The notes under the pieces were generated by a model. That model had not been told where the DNA came from. It searched no databases and saw nothing but the letters and a program-made list of their open reading frames with translations. Below, piece by piece: positions 59,715 to 64,000 of a DNA stretch of 64,000 nt. Position numbers and translations under genes: made by a program. The stretch's first letter is position 1, and the number at the start of each line of letters is the position of its first letter. This DNA is from an uncultured Bacilli bacterium (lineage in GTDB: Bacteria; Bacillota_I; Bacilli_A; RFN20; DUOF01): positions 144,107 to 208,106 of the forward strand of contig CALVUJ010000024.1 in assembly GCA_944363575.1 (NCBI GenBank), read 5' to 3'.

Positions 59715-60314
59715 TTAATCATGATTTTTTCTGTTCATTCTTTTTTCAAGTATTTTTATTTTTCTACTTGAAGAAGAAACCTCTTCAACCTCTTCCCCTT
59801 TAACCTTTTTAATAAAATTATTAACTGTTGTAATAGGCCTTTTCAAGTTTTCAATATCTTTATTCCATCCTTCAATCAACAAATCCTTTTTATCCTCAAA
59901 AATAACTACAATTAGTTCTAAAATAACCTCTAACACCCAAGTAATAATCATAAGTGTAGCCAAAATAATAGAAAATCCTGAAACATTACTAGAAGCTACA
60001 TACACTCCATAAATCATTACTCCTAAACTAAATGTTTTATTAATAAATTTAATTCCCTTATAACTTCTTCTAACAAACTTTTTTAATAACTTAAAATGCT
60101 TTCTATTAGTAAAAAAATCTAAAATCATATAAACAACAAATAAAACTAACAAAGTTAAATTAACTCCAAAATACCCATAATCATTACTTAGTACATAAAC
60201 AAAATAAAGCATTGTAAAAATCATCGAAGAATACTTAAAAATATTATAATACTTTTTAATATCCTTAATTATTATATTAATTGCCGTTTTAGTATAATCA
60301 AACACCATTATCAC
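59715..60314 (-). CDS. Hypothetical polytopic membrane protein
   Basis: It has 4 to 5 hydrophobic helices and a charged C-terminus. Confidence 0.4.
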   Translation of the reverse strand: MIMVFDYTKTAINIIIKDIKKYYNIFKYSSMIFTMLYFVYVLSNDYGYFGVNLTLLVLFVVYMILDFFTNRKHFKLLKKFVRRSYKGIKFINKTFSLGVMIYGVYVASSNVSGFSIILATLMIITWVLEVILELIVVIFEDKKDLLIEGWNKDIENLKRPITTVNNFIKKVKGEEVEEVSSSSRKIKILEKRMNRKNHD

Positions 60315-60351
60315 TCCTTATAAATAAAAGAAGAAAGATAACCTTTCTCTT

Positions 60352-62094
60352 TTAAATATTATATTCTTTGCTATTAATTACTTCTTTTATCTTCTTCAAT
60401 AATTCTTCTTTACTACAAGTTATTGTTTCTTTACTACCATACAAACGATAACTAACTAAATTATGATCCTTTTCATTATCTCCAATAATTAAAGTAATAG
60501 GCACCTTCTTAGTTTGTGACTCTCTCATTTTATAAGAAAGCTTCTCTTCTCTATCATCTAACTTAACTCTAACATCATTACACTTAAAATACTCAAACAA
60601 TTCCTTAGAATACTCTAAATGATACTCATTATTTACAGGAATAACATTTACTTGAACAGGTGCTAACCAAAGAGGAAATGCTCCTGCATAATGCTCAATT
60701 AAAACCCCCATAAATCTCTCAATTGAACCAAAAATAACACGATGAAGCATGATAGGCCTTCTCTTACTACCATCTTTATCAATGTAAGTTAAATCAAATC
60801 TTTCAGGCAAGTTCATATCAAGTTGAATCGTTCCACATTGCCATTCTCTTCCAATAGAATCTCTAATATGGAAATCAAGTTTAGGACCATAAAAAGCCCC
60901 ATCGCCAGGATTAATTTTAAACTCTCTACCAGCCTTTTTACAAGCACTAGCTAAAGCTTCCTCAGACTTATTCCAAATAGCAATATCACCAATATACTTC
61001 TCTTCAGGTCTAGTAGATAACTCAATCGTAAACTCTAAATTAAATACCTTATAAAATCTTTCAATAAAATGAATTAAACGAATAACTTCTTCTTCAATTT
61101 GATCTTCCCTCATAAAAATATGAGCATCATCTTGTGTAAAAGTTCTAACTCTAAATAACCCACTTAACGCTCCACTTGCCTCATGTCTATGAACTAACCC
61201 TAACTCACCACACCTAATAGGTAAATCTTTATAAGAATGAATACTATTTTTATAAGCTAACATACCACCAGGACAATTCATAGGTTTAATTGCAAATACT
61301 TTATCATCTATCTCACTAGTGTACATATTTTCCCTATAATTAGCCCAATGCCCACTAACTTCCCATAACTCTTGATTTAACATAATTGGAGTCTTAATAA
61401 ACACATACCCTTCTTTTTCATGCTCTTTATACCAAAAATTCTCTAACTCATTACGAATAATCATCCCATTTGGTAAAAAGAAAGGAAAACCTGGGCCATA
61501 TTCACTAATCATAAATAACTCTAACTCTTTTCCCAATTTACGATGATCCCTTTTCTTAGCTTCTTCAAGCATCGTTAAATACTCACTCAAATTTTCTTCA
61601 TTATCAAAACAGATACCATATATTCTTTGAAGCATCTTATTTTTAGAATCTCCCTTAAAATAAGCTCCATTAACCTTTAATAACTTATAATATTTTAACT
61701 CCTTAACACTCTCTACATGAGGACCTCTACATAAATCAGTAAAATCGCCTTGACTATAACAACTAATAACATTACTATCATCCATATTATTAATCAAATC
61801 AATTTTATACTCATCATCTTTAAACATTTCCAAAGCTTCTTTTTTACTAATTTCTCTTCTAACAATTCTCTTCCCATCTTTAGAAATCTTTTTCATTTCC
61901 TTTTCAATCTTTTCTAAATCTTCTTCTTTAATAACTTCTTCTCCTAAATCAATATCATAGTAAAACCCACTCTCAATAACAGGACCTACCCAAAACTTAG
62001 CCTTTGGATATAAATGCTTAACAGCTTGAGCCATCAAATGAGCACAACTATGATTCATCACACTAAGTTTTTCATTTTCTTTAATATTAATCAT
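60352..62094 (-). CDS. thrS: Threonyl-tRNA synthetase (lacks the N-terminal TGS domain)
   Basis: The editing-domain motif HSCAHLMAQA is present. Class II motifs and the anticodon-binding C-terminus are present. Confidence 0.9.
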   Translation of the reverse strand: MINIKENEKLSVMNHSCAHLMAQAVKHLYPKAKFWVGPVIESGFYYDIDLGEEVIKEEDLEKIEKEMKKISKDGKRIVRREISKKEALEMFKDDEYKIDLINNMDDSNVISCYSQGDFTDLCRGPHVESVKELKYYKLLKVNGAYFKGDSKNKMLQRIYGICFDNEENLSEYLTMLEEAKKRDHRKLGKELELFMISEYGPGFPFFLPNGMIIRNELENFWYKEHEKEGYVFIKTPIMLNQELWEVSGHWANYRENMYTSEIDDKVFAIKPMNCPGGMLAYKNSIHSYKDLPIRCGELGLVHRHEASGALSGLFRVRTFTQDDAHIFMREDQIEEEVIRLIHFIERFYKVFNLEFTIELSTRPEEKYIGDIAIWNKSEEALASACKKAGREFKINPGDGAFYGPKLDFHIRDSIGREWQCGTIQLDMNLPERFDLTYIDKDGSKRRPIMLHRVIFGSIERFMGVLIEHYAGAFPLWLAPVQVNVIPVNNEYHLEYSKELFEYFKCNDVRVKLDDREEKLSYKMRESQTKKVPITLIIGDNEKDHNLVSYRLYGSKETITCSKEELLKKIKEVINSKEYNI

Positions 62095-62099
62095 AAACT

Positions 62100-62350
62100 T
62101 TCCCCCTATTCATTAATATTAACTCATAAAAAAAGAGTTCCTAACATATAGGAACTCTGTATAAACAAAGCGGTACCATCCTACTTCATAGAATATCTAT
62201 GCTCTTAATTTGTTATTAACGCTAACTAACGCTACTCCATTACAGGTAGAACTCCTAGGTAGTAACTATATATCTTCCTTATTAGTTTTCACCAACCACT
62301 AACTCTCTACAAATTCCAACATATAATCATGTCCTAATCAACATTCGCTA
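62100..62350 (-). promoter_or_regulatory. T-box riboswitch leader of thrS (specifier ACU, Thr) with a terminator hairpin
   Basis: On the minus strand, Stem-I-like AGAGAG...GUGA is followed by the specifier context gaaaACUAau at 62284-62286. The T-box sequence gaagtaGGATGGTACCGCtttg lies at about 62171-62190. The terminator hairpin agagttcctatatgttaggaactct is followed by ttttttt at 62127..62158. A sigma-A promoter TTGCTT-17-TATAAT lies at 62352..62380. Confidence 0.75.
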
Positions 62351-62351
62351 T

Positions 62352-62380
62352 ATTATAAAATATATTTTTAAAAAAAGCAA
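62352..62380 (-). promoter_or_regulatory. Sigma-A promoter of the thrS T-box leader (TTGCTT-17-TATAAT)
   Basis: On the minus strand, -35 TTGCTT lies at 62380-62375 and -10 TATAAT at 62357-62352. Confidence 0.45.
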
Positions 62381-62426
62381 TACTAACAAACACATATTTA
62401 CGATTACTCAAATACATGATAAAAAA

Positions 62427-64000
62427 CTATAATTTACGCTTTTTCGCTCCTTGACTATTACTCTTTTCCTCAATTAATTCCTTCTTAGCATTCTCTATTT
62501 CTCTAATAATAGAATTAATAACTTTATTTTTCTTATTCCACCAATCTCTAGTCCAAACATGATACATTCTCCATCCCCTAGACTCCAAAAAACTCAAATG
62601 ATACAATTGATTTTCAACCATTTCTCCAATAGTTTTATACTCTTTATTAATACACTCTATACCTAATAAATATTGCTTAAAATCTTTATCATATACTGCT
62701 ATATCAACTTTTCTTCTAGTATTACCAACATTTGTTTCAACAATATACCCATTTTTCTCTAAACACTCTTTAATCTCTTTAGCAATAATATCACTAGAAA
62801 CAACATCACTCTCCATATTATCCTTCCTACTATTCAACCAAACTTTTACTTCCTTATCATTATTAGAAGAAACAGCCCTAACATAACTCAAATATTTTTT
62901 CAAAATCTTAGGACCATCATTCTTAGAACCTTCAACTTTTAAATCCTCAGGCTCAATAGAAGTAACTACAAACATACTATCTTTAGCCCTAGTAATAGCT
63001 ACATTCAACCTATTTTCACCACCATCTAAAGATAAAGACCCAAAATTAGCAATTATCCTACCACTCTCATTAGGAGCATACCCAGTTGACATAATAATAA
63101 TATCTCTTTCATCGCCTTGTACATTTTCTATATTTTTTACAAATAAAGAAACATCTTCATTATTTTCAAACCTATTTTGTTCACTAACTATATTATCTCT
63201 AAAACTAGAATCCTTCTTACTTTCTTTACGAATAGCATCCTCAATCGCATATGCCTGCTCACTATTAAAAGTAATAATACCAATACTTTCTTTATTCCTT
63301 CTACTCTTTAAAATTTTCTTTAATATCTCTACTACTTTCTCTGCCTCTACTTCATTTTTCCTATCAACCCATCGACCATCCACTTTAAATCTACGTATAG
63401 CTTTATTATTATTCAAATTAGGAGAAACCTCTAATTTACCATCATAAAAATAATTATTAGAAAAATTAATAAGTTCCTCATTTCTACTACGATAATGATA
63501 GTTTAAATTAGTACTAGGTAACCTAGAAGTTGCTAAATCTAATAAACTTTCAACTTCAAGTGCTGCTTCTCTAGTAGGATCATCCTCCTCTATATCGCTT
63601 CCCATATATCTTTTCATAAAAGTAGATGTAGGCCTAAGTTGCTTAGAATCTCCCGCTACTACTAACTTCTTACCACGATACAAAATAGGTAAAGTATTTT
63701 CAATAAAAACCTGTGAAGCCTCATCAATTAAAACAACATCAAACATATCTTTAACAAGTGGTAAAATCGTCGAAACATTTTCAGGTGAAAGTAACCAGCA
63801 AGGATATAAATCAATCATAAACTCATAATATGAATTCATAAATTTCCTGATAGGCCAAGTATTTTGTTGTTTATTAATTTGATACAAGAAATTTTTACTA
63901 CTTGCATCATTATTAAAATGACTTAAATACTTATCATTAAAACTATTTGAAGCAATAACCTGAGACAATAAATTTTGTTTCTTTTTCAAGTTAAGAATTT
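62427..64000 (-). CDS. Superfamily-1 (Upf1/DNA2-like) helicase with a C-terminal DUF559/Vsr-like endonuclease domain; the N-terminus lies outside the window
   Basis: Helicase motifs VVLIDEASQ, LVVAGDSKQLRP, YRSR and NVAITRAK are present. The C-terminal segment VDIAVYDKD...RGWRMYHVWTRDWW resembles DUF559. The frame is open to base 64000. Confidence 0.7.
   Translation of the reverse strand, partial: ILNLKKKQNLLSQVIASNSFNDKYLSHFNNDASSKNFLYQINKQQNTWPIRKFMNSYYEFMIDLYPCWLLSPENVSTILPLVKDMFDVVLIDEASQVFIENTLPILYRGKKLVVAGDSKQLRPTSTFMKRYMGSDIEEDDPTREAALEVESLLDLATSRLPSTNLNYHYRSRNEELINFSNNYFYDGKLEVSPNLNNNKAIRRFKVDGRWVDRKNEVEAEKVVEILKKILKSRRNKESIGIITFNSEQAYAIEDAIRKESKKDSSFRDNIVSEQNRFENNEDVSLFVKNIENVQGDERDIIIMSTGYAPNESGRIIANFGSLSLDGGENRLNVAITRAKDSMFVVTSIEPEDLKVEGSKNDGPKILKKYLSYVRAVSSNNDKEVKVWLNSRKDNMESDVVSSDIIAKEIKECLEKNGYIVETNVGNTRRKVDIAVYDKDFKQYLLGIECINKEYKTIGEMVENQLYHLSFLESRGWRMYHVWTRDWWNKKNKVINSIIREIENAKKELIEEKSNSQGAKKRKL

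Overview
The window is very AT-rich (~27% GC) and densely packed with genes. The gene content points to a low-GC, spore-forming Firmicute, probably Clostridia or Erysipelotrichia-like, with many shortened proteins. Sporulation genes present are spoIVB, spo0A, an intact sigK and a spoIIIAH-like gene. The backbone keeps Bacillus-like 'yqe-region' gene order:
- recN–spoIVB
- addB–addA
- sigK next to yqeG–yqeH–yhbY–nadD/yqeK–rsfS
- dinB–xerD–deoB–metG
- spo0A, nadE, hflX, rpsU
- deoC–mtaB–rsmE
- dnaJ–dnaK–grpE–hrcA–hemW, purA, lepA
- xseB–xseA–nusB, pepP, asp23
- a short alaS, a two-component system, and thrS with a T-box leader
- a partial SF1 helicase–nuclease

Three accessory insertions stand out, all without database-described function as a unit:
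1. A 2.6-kb island between spoIVB and addB, flanked by perfect 54-bp direct repeats that each carry an intrinsic terminator. It encodes a secreted toxin-like protein with a glycine-zipper membrane segment and a His-rich C-terminus, an overlapping small putative immunity gene, and a membrane-anchored trypsin-like protease. A leader ORF with an embedded terminator precedes the toxin-like gene.
2. A tandem pair of paralogous proteins (768 and 703 aa). Each has an exported alpha/beta-hydrolase with a GHSMG nucleophile elbow fused to a C-terminal polytopic membrane domain. The two genes share a ~115-bp near-identical patch that looks like gene conversion.
3. A six-gene, translationally coupled operon in the place where prmA would sit between dnaJ and rsmE. 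It encodes a membrane-anchored TasA-like protein, a TasA-like protein with a SipW-cognate signal peptide, a SipW signal peptidase, a membrane-anchored McrB-like AAA+ GTPase, a lysine-rich coiled-coil partner protein and an 83-aa protein. This is the top candidate for an undescribed system.

Other notable points: Spo0A has a degenerate acidic pocket (E-P instead of D-D); AlaRS is only 587 aa; a second NadD-like gene sits next to pncC; nadD and yqeK are fused; and a candidate unannotated small membrane ORF lies between purA and hemW. No rRNA, tRNA, CRISPR array or transposase was found.
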